The notes under the pieces were generated by a model. The model saw only the letters and a list, made by a program, of their open reading frames with translations. It did not search any database and was not told where the DNA came from. The translations under genes were made by a program, and so were the position numbers. Positions 40,280 through 53,700 of a DNA stretch of 64,000 bases are shown here, one piece after another. Numbering within the stretch: the first letter of the stretch is position 1; every line of letters starts with the position of its first letter. Source of the DNA: Paraspadella gotoi (lineage: Eukaryota > Animalia > Chaetognatha); the NCBI GenBank assembly GCA_051294375.1, contig CM119266.1:19107657-19171656 (forward strand), read 5' to 3'.

Positions 40280-40777
40280 ACAGAAGAAACCTTCTGAGAG
40301 TCAAGTCAAGTTCCTTTGGGANNNNNNNNNNNNNNNNNNNNNNNNNTGGAAAGAGAGAGATGGACTTGACTTGACTCTCAGAAGGTTTCTTCTACTCAAG
40401 GAACTTGACTTGACTCTCAGAGGTCTCTTCTGTTTCCAAAGGAACTGAATTGACTGCCCAGAAGGTTCTTCTGTCAAGAGGAACTTGACTTGAACTCTCA
40501 AAAGTCTCTTCTGTCCGCAAAAGGAACTTGACTTGAACTCTCAGTAAGGTCTCTTCTGTCTCAAAGGAAACTTGACTTGACTCTCAGAAGGTCTGCTTCT
40601 GTCTCAAAAGAAATTGACTTGACTCTCAGGAAGGGTTTTCTTCTGTCGCGCAAAAGAACTTGACTTAATCTCAAAGGTCTCTTCTGTTCCCAAAAGGAAA
40701 TTGACTTGACTCTCAGAAGGTTTCTGTCTGGTCCGATTTCCTTTGAGACAGAAGAGACCTTCTGAGAGTCAAGTCGA
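40280..40777. repeat. Satellite array with a unit of about 41 bp and inverted terminal units
   Basis: Unit AAGGAACTTGACTTGACTCTCAGAAGGTCTCTTCTGTCTCA, about 9 copies. Copies at 40280-40320 and 40738-40777 are in the opposite orientation. There is a 25-N gap inside. Confidence 0.85.
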
Positions 40778-41336
40778 TTTACACGTTGACACGTAGAGGG
40801 AAAACTTGGTTATCAGCAAATAAGTATTTTTTATGTTATTTTAATAGTAAAAATAACAAAAGATTAAATGGAAAAAATACATGTATGTATACATACAGTT
40901 ATTTTCCGGTTCTCGGTCGTGCACCGTCTGATCATCTTTGCTACATGATGTCTATACGAATTATAAATGACATGAAAGTTTTACTAAAAACCAAAATTGA
41001 CCAGCCAAACATGTCGGTGATGACGACAACAAAGACGACGACGATGTTCCATCTCTATCCAAGTTAGTCCGTCTTTCCAAAAATTTCGCGCGGGAATTCG
41101 CTTAACGGTTTTTCCGCAGTTCGACCGAGAAACGATGCAGTCCTTTTTTTTATTACAAGCTACAAACGACTGAGCGAGAAGAGGAATGAGAATTTGGCGG
41201 GAGAATATAANNNNNNNNNNNNNNNNNNNNNNNNNNNNNNNNNNNNNNNNNNNNNNNNNNNNNNNNNNNNNNNNNNNNNNNNNNNNNNNNNNNNNNNNNN
41301 NNNNNNNNNNNNNNNNNNNNNNNNNNNNNNNNNNNN

Positions 41337-41372
<36 letters not shown>

Positions 41373-41812
41373 TGGTTAAAAAGATGATTACTATCGTAAA
41401 AGAAAGGAGATGGATGAAGGAAAAGGAAAATGGAAACAGATTAAGGATCCGGAGAGAAACAAAATTTGGAGGAGAACCGGATGTAGGAGAAGAAGTAGGA
41501 AAAGAAAAAGAGAGGATGTAAATAAAAAAAAGGTAGGAAATGATGAGAGAAAATTAAAAAGAGGGAAGATTATGTATATATATTATATATATATATATTA
41601 TATATTATATATATATATATTATTTATATATCTATGTTCGCATTTCCAAGAAATCATACGAATACACATTGAACACAAGAGTGACATGAGGTCTTAAAAT
41701 ACTTCCGTATTACACGGTTTATTCGATTTATATTTTATCGTGATGATACAAGTATGAAACATAAGAAATGCACGTTGTGCGCATTATGCATATGCAGTGC
41801 ATATTATAAAAA

Positions 41813-41852
41813 ACACTGATGAAGGCTTGAATGAAAGCCGAAACTTGTATGC
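41813..41852 (+). ncRNA. Minimal type I hammerhead ribozyme motif, more diverged
   Basis: ACA-CUGAUGA-A-GGCUU(GAAUGA)AAGCC-GAAA-CUUGUA-UG followed by AATAAAAATCGTTG. GUA site; weak stems I and III. Confidence 0.7.
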
Positions 41853-43121
41853 ACCTTTAAAAATAAAAATCGTTGATGTAAAAGATTTCGTCTTTAAACT
41901 CAAATAAATTATTTATTAGCTCAAGTATCATAATAATATATAATTCATAAGTTATGCGCAATTAAAACGTTAACTTGTGCGAAGGAGAGACCGAAAGATA
42001 GGCCGACCGTTGCTTTGCCAGAACTCGAAAATGAATATGATTAATTGTACTCTTTCCTGCGTTTTCAATATTTACTAATAAAATTAATATTCTCCACCTT
42101 AATCTGAAAATATTAATAAAACAATAAGTAAGAAATAAATAAATTAAGATAAAGAATCGACGTAAATAAACAAAGATATCGACAACGGAAAGGACAAAGA
42201 ATCTAAGTGAGCGACGCCGGCCGCTTAAGAGAGGAATCCTGGTTGGCCGTGTCCAACACCACTTAAACCTCGGCTCGGCGAAATTTAATCAAAATGGGGT
42301 CCTGACCCGGGTTAAGTGCTGCCAGTTGGGAGAACCGGCAGAGGTGGGTGAGCAGAGGAGAGGGTGGAGAGTAAGTCGTGGACACTTTTTGGGACTGAGA
42401 GGTAAGTATGCCAACACAATGAATATGACTCGAATGACCTCGTCCGGTGGTCAATTACAAGCACAAAATATTTACTTAATATTGTTTAATATATTATCTA
42501 CTAGTATACATGATTAAATTTAAAAAATTATATGATTTTAAACTTACGAAAAAAAAAATTATCGACGTATTATTGGCGGGGACATTAGGGGACTCATTTT
42601 CAAAAATTATCCACGTAAGTCTTAAATGTTAAATAAGTATACTATTTATGAACATTAAACATCTAAATAAGTACATGATGCTGATTGATGTGATTTATAT
42701 CACATGTATCGAATATTCTTATCGTTATTGATTGGATTCTTTCTTGCCATCACAATTGCCATCTCGATTGCCATCCCGCCGCCGTTGCCATCGTCTTTCC
42801 TGACACAAGATTTTTACGACCGCTGGCAACGATGAAGAAGAAAAAGAAGAAGAAGAAGAAGAAGAAGAAGAAGAAAGAAGAAGAAGAAGAAGAAGAAGAA
42901 GAAGAAGAAGAAGAAAGCAGCTCAAAGCCAATGGCTCGTGCCACAGAAAAGGAGGAAGAGGAGGAGGAAGTGGAGTCGAAAAAGGAGTGATAGGAGGAGG
43001 AGGAGAGGAGGAGGAGGAGGAGGAAAGATGATCCGATACGTCGATGATTGCGTTAGCGAGACTTGGGGATTGTGTTTGACGGAGGTTATGAATACGCGAG
43101 TCACTCTAATTGAATTCATCG

Positions 43122-43188
<67 letters not shown>

Positions 43189-43519
43189 ATTGAGAAAAGG
43201 GAAATAAGGAGATGGAAAAAGAAAAGGGACGAAGACAGAAAAAAAGAAAAGGGAGGGAAGAAAGGACGACTTAAGAAGATGAAAAAGGAAAGGGGAAAAG
43301 AAAGGAAAAGGACGCAAATACCGAATAGAAGAAAAGAATAAAAAAAGAGGGGAAGAGAGTAATATAAGTAATCAGAGGAAGTAATAGAATCAGAGCGGCC
43401 ATGGAGGAAAAAAAAGATTGGTTAGAAGAGAGAACTTTCCGAGCAAAAATCGAAAAAACCTCAGAGTAAGAAGGAAAAAAGATAAAAAGATTAAGAAAGA
43501 AAACTAATAAAGAAAAATA

Positions 43520-43603
<84 letters not shown>

Positions 43604-44359
43604 CTGAAGTGAGGTTCCTTAATGGCAACTGACTGATATTGAAATGAAACATTTGATATTATTTTTTCCCCCAAAATGATTGAAGTGGCTTCCACCCTCT
43701 ACCAGTAATGAGTGTAATCCCTAGATGTCTCAGCCCTTCGACGGCGTCTTGCGTAACACGGGCCGGTGGACGCGGTTGGCGGCGGCGGCGGCGAATTCGG
43801 CGTGAAAGAGTGAAAAGGGCGCGGAGCGACGGGGTTCGATTCACGCGTCACAACTCGAGAATCAGTCGCCCGAAAATTTGACGTTTTGACCTTTTCTCTT
43901 TCCCTATGAGAAGAATCATCCGCAAAGGAGGAAAAAATAAAGAAAGAAAAAAAAAGAGAAAAGAAAGAAAGAAAAAGGAAAGAAAGAAAGAAAGAAACTC
44001 ATTTAAAAAATGAATAAACGAAATGAAGGAAGAAAAAAAATGGGAGGTAAAATATTAAGAAAAAAAAACTCGAAAAGAATAGAATAGAATAGAAAGTAAG
44101 AGATAAATAAATTCATCCCAACAATTGATTATGTTAGTACTGACAAGAATCCATAGATAGATCACAAAGTGTAAGCAAAACAAGAGGAAAATATTTATCA
44201 ATTATATGTTAACATTTAAGCTTAAGGTAAAATAAATAGGAAATAAATAGGAAAAAAAAAAAAACCAAAAGAAAAGAAAATGAAAACGAAGTGAAAGTTG
44301 AAACTATTTTTTTCCTATTTATTAAATCAAACTTTTGAAACTTTTTTTATTTTTCTGTT

Positions 44360-47025
44360 TCAACGAATCCAACGATTACTATTTAGCAATTTAAAAAAAT
44401 CCAGGTCATCATCGTCACCAGTTCGACTGCGATCGACTTGATTTCCGTCGATGTCATCTGCATCGTCGTCTTTCGACTTCCCCGTCAAATCCTCACCGTC
44501 TCCATTCCGGTTCCCGCCCTCGAAGGTTATCCTTTGACCGGCATCGCTTCCTTTAATTCCTTCGCCACTCATTTCGCGAGGATTCTCATCCATGTTGCAA
44601 TTTGCAGACTCGTTGCCTTCTCTCTCGTTGAAAAAGTCGCTGCTAAATTTAACACTGGCGGCGCTACTCGTCGAAGAGCTTTCATTTCTCCAGCTGATGT
44701 TATTTTTCGAGTTTAATGTATCATCCGCAATCCCGACGAGGCTGCTGCCGCTGCCGCTGCTTTCCTTTCCTCCGCTGCCCTTCTTGCTCCAATCAATTCT
44801 CGTCGCCACGACTTTTTTTTCTTCAGTCAAATCCTCATCGTCATCCACGTCTTTCTTTCTCCATTTCTCTTTTTCTTTCTCATCTTTCAATCCGCCGCTA
44901 GGAATTTGATCATTTCGATCGGTGGCTTCGCTGGATTCCAACGACGCCGACTCCCTTCCCTTTACTCCCGAGTAGTCACGGCCATCGGTGTCGATCTCTT
45001 CCTTTGCTCTCTCTTCATCTCTACCCGGTCGTCGCATCGTCCCTCGTTTGTTTTCCGATTTATTCGTTCCCATAGAAACGTCGCCACCTTCCTCGTCTTT
45101 CAAAGACGAGCTGACGTTTTGATAAACCCTCCCGACTTCTTCGTCGCTGTAGTAATAAACTTCCCGTTCGATTATCACCCCAGTTTCGTCTTCTTCGAGA
45201 TCGCGGAATCGTCTCAGTAAATGTTGGACGGTCGCGTCGGTTTCGCGAGTCGATCGCGAGTCGTTGCTGCCGCGGGAGGACACGCGACTCTTTCCACTTT
45301 TCTTAGCCTTCGAGTCTCGCGGAGTTTCTACTTCAGCGGCGTCGAGTTCGGCGTCGATCTTAGAGTCAACGTCCTTCGGCGCTGAATAGGCGCCGAGGCG
45401 CGAAGCTTGAGAGTCGCCATCCGTCTCGGCAAAGAAGACAGCTGGAGGCGAATCCTCGATCACATCGTCGTCTTCATCGTCTTCAGCTTTTTTTAGGAAA
45501 ACTCCTTCGAGATTCATCGAAGGCTTTTTCCGTTTTTCTTCTTCTATTTCGTCGTCGTCGTCGTCGTCGTCGTCGTCATCGCCGCCGACGTTGCCCGTAA
45601 ATGTGATGCTCTTTCTCTCTGGCGGAGACGCCTCGTAATCCTCTCTTTTCTTCAGGACGCTTCGTCTCTGTAGCGATTCAGAGGAGTGATTGGCAAAGTT
45701 AATTGATAAATAGTCAGACTAAATTGATAATTAGTCAGGCAATAAGTCCATGGGCGTGTAGAAGGGCAAATACGCTCCTTAAAGGCCAGGGGCCCAAGTT
45801 CAATTGAGGGAGGCCTAAAAAAGCTCACGGGGCTGAAAAACTTTATATTGAAAAAACATACGAGAAATAATAGCTTATGGCAACGGGGAGACATGTGTGA
45901 TGCACGCATATCCCGACAGCTGGCTATCAGGGCTTTGGATCAAGCTATACAGGAGGCGAATTTAGGGTTCGCCACAAGCTTTAAATTTTGTATTTCTTTA
46001 CAGGCCATTGCGTAAGCCCAAACCCTTATCGCCGCTCTCGCAAAAGTGCAGGGCACAATTCTCTCGGACAGTTGCTCTATCCTGCATACGACAAAGCGAG
46101 ATACCTCAGTCTGCGTCGCCTTGGCAACCGCGCCCTCCATCGAGGGATGACTCAATACTTCCTTCAGGGTCAGCCTCTTTGACGATCTGTTCTCAAATTC
46201 GTCGTCGGCGGCGTCGCCGGGCACGCGACCTTGGAGGGCATAGCGATGCTTCAGAAGCCCCATCATCGCCACGTCGATTTCGAACTCATCGGCGGCGGCG
46301 GCGAGGGCAGCGGTGACCGCGTCCTCTAAGTCAAACGATGTGAATTGATGGATTTAAAACGTTTCTTCCCACTTCCCCCCCCCCGAGCATATTTTTTTCC
46401 AAGCTGCTTATAATAGTTAAATGTTAAAAGTTATATGGTAATGTGCTGTCGTATAATTAAAATTGACTATATTTATACAAAAGCTTGCCTTCTTTTAATT
46501 TATCCGCATTTCAAGTATAAAATTTCCAACAACCATCACGGTCCTCTCAATATAATTGTCTCTCACATGTTTAAAGTCCTTTTTTCACTTATTTATGCAC
46601 TTGTTTTAATGTTTAATTGTTTTGTTTTAATTGTTTTATCCTCCCTCATTAATTCCTTTTTTCTTTTATCTACCTGATGCTATTTTGTTTCTCTCTTCCC
46701 CCAACTTCTTCCCTCCTTCTTCGATCCTCTTCCTCTCTTCCTCCTCCTCCCTAATCTTCTTCACTTCGTCCCACCAAGAGGGAAGAGCTCCCGCTTTGAA
46801 TGGAGGCTTATGAGGTTGCGCGGGGCGAGTGCGGCCCGCGTCGCGCATTTCAAGTTTCCGTCTAATAGAAAAACCGAGTACTGGTAATTCTTCTGCGGGA
46901 GACTAAAACATATATATGAAAAACATGATCTGTATGCCATAATATGCCAAGTATAAACTAGATCAATTTGGTATTTAATAAATAGACATAGCATAGACTT
47001 GGTTAAGATATAAGCATTTTGAGCC

Positions 47026-47058
<33 letters not shown>

Positions 47059-50000
47059 AGAAGAGAGCCAGAGAGAAAGAGAAAGAAAGGAAAAGAAAAA
47101 AAAAGGAGAGAGGAAGAAAGGAAAAGAGAGAATATCGAAACCCACCTCTCCCACCAGGGCGGCAAATCGCCATATTTAATATTCGTCTGCTCGACTCCTG
47201 AAAAACATTTCTCGTGAGGATTTCCAATCGGCGGTGGCGCCTCTTGTTTTCGATGTTCCCACCAGGAAGGAGGAAAGGGAGCGTTGTGTCCTGCATCTTG
47301 CCTTTAAAGGATAACATTAACAAGATGAAAAGACGCTCTCTCTCGCTCTACCTCTTTCTCTACATAGAAGAAAAAAACTCTCTCTCTTTGCCTCCCTCTC
47401 TCTCTTCATAGATGAAAAACGCTCTCTCTCTCTCTTTCTTCTCCCTCCCCCTCTCTCTTCATAGATGAAAATCGATCACTCTCTCTCTCTCTCCCTTCAT
47501 GGATGAAAAACGGTCTCTCTCTCCCTCTCCTCTCTCTTCATAGATGAAAAACGCTTTCTCTCTCCCTCCCTCTCTTCATAGATGAAAAATGCTCTCTCTC
47601 CCTCTCTCTCTTCATAGATAAAAAACGCTCTCTCTCTCTCTCCTTCCCTCTCTCTTTTCATGTATGAAAAACGCTCTCTCTCTCCTCCCCCCTCTCTCTT
47701 CATAGATGAAAAACGCTCTCTCTCTCTCTCCCTCTCTTCATAGATGAAAAACGCTCTCTCTCTCCCTCCCTCTCTCTACATAAATGAAAACCGCTCTCTC
47801 TCTCTCCCACCGCTCCATCTTAGAAAGGAAGCAGAGTCGATGTCTATCCAACATCTTTTGCTTGGGCATGTCCCTCTTGCAATGACATCCTTCCTTTCCG
47901 CATCCTTTTCCTCTTTGACATCGCCGCGCCGGAGTGGCTCGTCCGCCTTGCCCTCCTCCGCGGCCATCGTCGGCGTTGAGGTTAAGGGCGACACCGGAAC
48001 CGAGACTGCTCGTCGACGCGCACCCTTCTTCCTCCTTCCGAAGCGAAATTCTTCCGGACGCATTCTTAATGTTTGATTTTAAATTTGACTAGAACCGCCT
48101 TGTATAGCGAGTAATAGTATTGTACAAAACTATACCGGTTTTAACGGTTTTTTAAGCAGCTTTGGCTTTCGGAATCCAGGCTGGTCTCGGTGGATCAAGT
48201 CTGGGCGCGCCCGATTCAAGCTGACGGAAACTAGAGTCGACGTCCCGTACTCATTAGTGGATTTGAGTGATGATGGACGTTGATCCTCGCTGTCGTGGCC
48301 CAGTGTTGGAAGCAGACGATTTTGAGCAAAATGACAATTTGTATTAATGTATTAAAAGAAATAACTTTCATGCTAACCGAAATTCATCGATACTTTAAAT
48401 TCATTTCTGGATTTTTAAATCATTTTTGGGTTCTAAATTCATTTCTGAATATTAAAGACCTTTCTGGATTAAAAAATACTGAGGCGACTTACCACTTTCT
48501 AAATTTTGAATTCATTTCAGAATTTCAAATTCATTTTCTATATCCGACTTCACTAAAAAATTTCCGTCCTCTCACCTGACCGCTCTCAAGTTTCGGCGAT
48601 GAGTCAATATTTCCTTGATTTTGTCTCCGTCTCTAAAGGCAAAGCCCGGATGTAATTTACATTAACTGCGGCCTTACAAACATCCGGCTAAACACGCACC
48701 TCGGTCCTTTGACTTCCTTCTCCTTGACTCTCATCACTTCCTCTTCCTCTTCCTTCTCTTTTCTCTTCCTCGCTATCAACTTCATCTCTATCCTCTTCTC
48801 TTCCTCCTCCTTTACTTTCCTCGCTTGCTCCTCCTCTTCCTCCTTCCTCCTTCTAGAGGACACTTTAAACTCCTTCCTCTTCTGCTCCTCAACTCGTAGG
48901 TTGAAGGTCTTCAACTCTCCTTCAGGGTTTGGTTTCGGCCCCTTGCCGGCCTGAAAGGAGTCAACCCCGAATAATATCATCATCCGTCTCGGCATCCCGA
49001 CGTGGCTACGCATCGATGGCGTCGTGAAAGTTGCAGATCAAAATTCGAATAAGTTAATCATGAACAGTCTTGGACTAGAAAATGTTAAAATTTTAAAATA
49101 ATGTTTTCTTAATTTAAAAGCTGATTCGAATTCCTCATAAAAAGTTTATAAAATAAAATATAAGTTTCAATCAAAAACTCTTTCATCGAGTTAGCCAAAA
49201 ATTTTAAAAAACTATATTTTTTATACTAAAATTTAATTATAGGTTAATAATAATAATTTTGATTATATGATTATATTATGAAATAATTTTCTAAAAAGAG
49301 TTATATTTTCTTTTATCAACTTTTTGTGAGGAATTTGAATCCGCTTTTAAAAATAAGAAAAAATCATTTTAAAATTTTGACATTTTCGATGGCGAGTACT
49401 ATGTGTAAATATGGGCGTATGCGAAAATTGAAAAATAAAAATTAATTTTTTTTTTTATATAAAAATGTTCACAGGTTCGTGATGTTCGTGATCTACTATT
49501 CGAATTTTGATTCTACTTGATTTTAATATTTTTGCTACGCTTTACTGGGCACTGATCAGTGATCACTGATCAATGATCACTGATCAGTGATCAGTGGGCA
49601 TTAGTTAGACTAAGTCCCCATCTATACTTTCGTTACTCGTAATTAATGATTCCATAATGGGATTTCAGAGAGTAATGCTGAATTATTAAGTATTAACTTA
49701 ACAAGTCCCCATGGCAGTTTTTTTTCACTGTAAGTCTGCGCTTTTTTAAGACTACGATATTTCCTTTTTTTTAAACAATTATCTGACCTTTTCATGTTCG
49801 TGAGTGATAAAGATCGAGTCCTTGTCAGTTCTTCTCTGTCTCGGAACGGCTTCCGCCAGTTTTAACACTTTGAGTTCATTAGGATCGTTGGGCTTCGGTC
49901 CTTTGCCAACCTTTTCCCTGTTCAAAATGCATACTGAAAGAAGAACATACTTATGCATACTGATGAAGAACGATTGAAAGTAGCCAAAAAATAATGAAGT

Positions 50001-53000
50001 ACTAAACGAATTAACTGACAAAAAGTAACTAACAAAACGAAGAAAACCTAATACCGAAAAAATACAAACTTCAGAGTTTGACGACAGACGACAACAACGA
50101 CGACGACGACGGTGAAACAAACCTAAAGACTTACCCGAAATAGAGATTTGGTTTTAACTTGAGAAAGAATAATTTTTGGAAACTGTTATCTTACTTAAGA
50201 CTTGGTACCATTACTATGAAAAGACTGAATATGTATTTATGCCCGTATGTTCAAGTTGTTTTTATCCAGTTTTAATTTTTTTTTTTTTTTTTTGATCACT
50301 TTTGGATCAGTGTGGAGGACTTGACAAGGACTTACCTTTCGTTGGAGATAAAAATGGAATCTTTCCATCTGGGTTTCAATTTCGCTTCCTCTTCAGCTTC
50401 ATGCTCGATCTCACGACGCAACTCAGCGCCTTCATCGTGAAGATGCAGCTCTGTCTTCTCTCCTTCGGGATTGTGGTGAGGGCCTTTGCCCAACTAAGAG
50501 TTAAAGGGATCATTGTGTACACAGTGTACAGTCGAAAGGATTGGAATTGGGGAGTGAAATGGTAATTCAAAAGATGGCGAATTATTTATATTTCATTTAT
50601 TTTATTTTATTTTTCCGCCATTTTTTAGTTACTAGATTTTACGAACTAATACATTTTAAATCTAACTGCCCACATCAGAAATATAATTTAGGATCCGGTG
50701 ATCTACTCTTTGTGCTATAACGGGCCAATTATTGTTATGGTAAGGGCTCAAAGGCTAGATTTATATTATTATGGAGCTATTACGGGGCTACATGGTGACA
50801 ATTTGAAACCCGCCGCCAAGAAAAGTCTACAATTCAAAAATGTGTGAAGATTTTTAATATTTTAGAAAAAAAAATTTAGCCTAAACGTACAGTAGCTGAA
50901 TGCTGAAAGGAAGAAAGATGGCTGTTTGAATCCTATTATATAAAAATATCATAATATTCGGTTCAATTTTGCTCTGACAGTAAGGTAAGAAAGATGGCTT
51001 AGAAAATTGGCTCCCCGCTTGATTGCTTATAATTTATAAATAAAATTGTTTTTCTCTTTTATTATAATTTAAAATATTTTTTTTTTGAGAAGTAATAATG
51101 ATATTTATATCAAATGAAAGCTCTGGAAAAACTGAATAAGAGGACATATATACCAATTTTGTAGCTTTAAAACTGACTTTTTAAGACCCAGGTAAAGTTA
51201 TAAAGTATAAAATTATGACTACCTTTAATTTAAAAATGGTTAAAATCCTAATTTAATAATAATAAGATATTAAAATTAACTTTCCTAAATCATTTTTTCA
51301 GGGCTTTTTTTAGCACCCTTAATATTATAAATTAGTTTAATTATTATAGCTTAACCCAGCTATGAATTCCGGAAGCTGAATTTCTTTTTATTTCTGATTA
51401 AGCTCAAAGTCAATCATTACAAAGGCGAAACATAATTTAATAGTATAAAATTTATACATAAAAACTTATATGTAATTTATATATTGGCTATGGATATCTC
51501 TTTTTAAAAATTAAACATCTCTACGCGTTTTCGAATGGAGAATTTTTTTTAGCGGCGGGTTTCAAATTGTCACCATGTAGTAGTGGAATAGTCTCTTCCA
51601 ATTCTACAATAGATTTAGTGGATTGATTTTTTTCACCGTTTCACCTTTTCGTGTTCATGCAAGATAAATACTGAATCCTTTCGTCCGCGTTTATTGCATC
51701 CGTGAGGATCAAATTCCTGTCAATTTTTATGATAACCATGAATATCAAATAAGAAAAAAATAGGAACAATCAATATATATGTGTCGAGTTAATTCAAATA
51801 ATACAATGTATAATGTAGAATACAATGTATTTCCCGACAGCTGGCACTAACTCACCCCTAACGTGTTTATGCTAGCACCAACACACTATACTAGCGAGAC
51901 CGTGAGGGGATCAAACTCAGAACTCGCTGTTGGGAAGCGAGTGCTCAGCTGTCCAAGGTTTTGGGACGAGCTACATGCTATGCTATAAGTGAGGAGAATT
52001 TCCTATATCGACCTGAGCTTCGTCGTAGTTCTCATCTTCTACTTCTTCCTTAATCAGCTGCAGCGGCTGCTTCGGTAATTTCCTTGGTCGCGGACGACAA
52101 CATCCGCCGACAGAGGGAGGGATGAGAACGAAAGAGGCGCATTTGGGCACGCGGCGTTTGACGGACGGTTCTTCGTCATCCTCGTCGTCTTCATCGAGGT
52201 CGTCGTCGAGTGGCTGACCTCCAAGAGGAAGGTCGTTGTCTTCGTCCTCATCGAGAGGCCGTTGAGGAACGTCCTCGCCTCCGGGAGAATTTCTGCGAAT
52301 TATCAATAACTCATCGTCGTCGTCGTCTTTGTGGTCTTCATCCACAGTCTCTTTCTCTTCTTTCTTCTTCTTCTTCTTCTTCTTTTTTCCATCTTTCTTT
52401 TTCTTTCCTTCTTTCTTCTTCTTCCCTTCAGTTTTCTTCTTTTTTCCTTTTTTCTTCTCTTCCTCCCTTTCCCCATCGTCTTCCTCCACCTCTGCATTTT
52501 CTTTAAAAACGAAATTGAGTCCTCGGTTGACAGAGAATCCGCCCTCCATCCCGCCGCTCTTTCTTTTATTCGATCCCAAGTCGGAATCTCGCCGAGTTCG
52601 TTCCACGCTCTCGGTCTTCCTTTGAGCTGCTTTGACTTTCATTTCGATTTTCCCTCTTCCCAACGTTTCATCCAACTTCCATTTCTTCTCTTTCGTTACG
52701 TCGATGGGCGTTTCATTTTTCCGGCTATTTTCTTTCAACCCTTCGTCTGTCGATCGGTTCCTCCGTTGTCCCTTGCCCCAACCATCCATCACGTCGCTCG
52801 GCTTCGAGGATCCCTTCCCCGGACCCGACTTCATCTCTCCATCATCGAATCCGTTTGGCGCATTCAAGTTGAGTCCCTCTTCGAACGAGGGATAAAAATC
52901 GTCGAAATCTAAACTCACTTCTCTTTCCTTCTTCTCTTCCTCATCCTTTTCTTCATCCCCCGTTTCCCGTCTCAAATCCTCGGCCACTTCGTCCGCCGTC

Positions 53001-53667
53001 TCCTCCACCGTCTCCTCCCCCGTCTCCTCCCCCGTCTCCTCCGCCGTCTCCTCGTCAATCTCCTCCACAGCGTACAGAGGTGAAGCATCGCTGGTTCGAC
53101 TCCCTGATCCAACGCTCTCTGTTTCCACTCTCTCCCTGGACGCCCTCTCCGCCTCCAACAGCGACATCCTCGATGGGAAGAGCTCCCTCAAATCCACGAT
53201 CTTTTCCTGCATCTCAGGATCGACGGGTGGCTCCCGCGACGGCGCCTCGTCGTGAGGGCAGCACATGGGTGGCCCGGGCGGAGGCGGCGGAAAGCGGCGC
53301 CAGCGGCCGCAGGAGCGGGGATCGCCGAAGCAGCATCCGTTGTAAAAGCCGAATGGATCTCTGAACTCTACCTGTTGGAAAAATAAAGGACCCGTATTCC
53401 ATTGTACATATCCTTTAGCTTTAGCTCCTTCACTCAATGCTCTACATATGACCTGCACGGCTTTAACGTTGTGCGGCGATGGCGTGGGCGTCGCTGGCGG
53501 AGGAGTCACCGATTCCTCCGCCGCCGCATCCTCTCTGGACGAAGGACTTGGAGATTCCCCTTCGCCGCCTCGATCGCGTTCTTGAAAATCTTGCATCTCG
53601 TCGCTGAATTGGAACGACTCTGGAGATCGAAAAAGGTGAACATCTAAATGGAGAGTCGTTTTTTATG

Positions 53668-53700
<33 letters not shown>

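Noticed and set aside
42200-42460. GC-richer island resembling a retroelement 5' region
   Set aside because: Single copy in the window, with no ORF or structure I could verify.
43825-43850. GGTTCGATTC B-box suggesting a tRNA gene
   Set aside because: No cloverleaf, acceptor stem or A-box could be formed.
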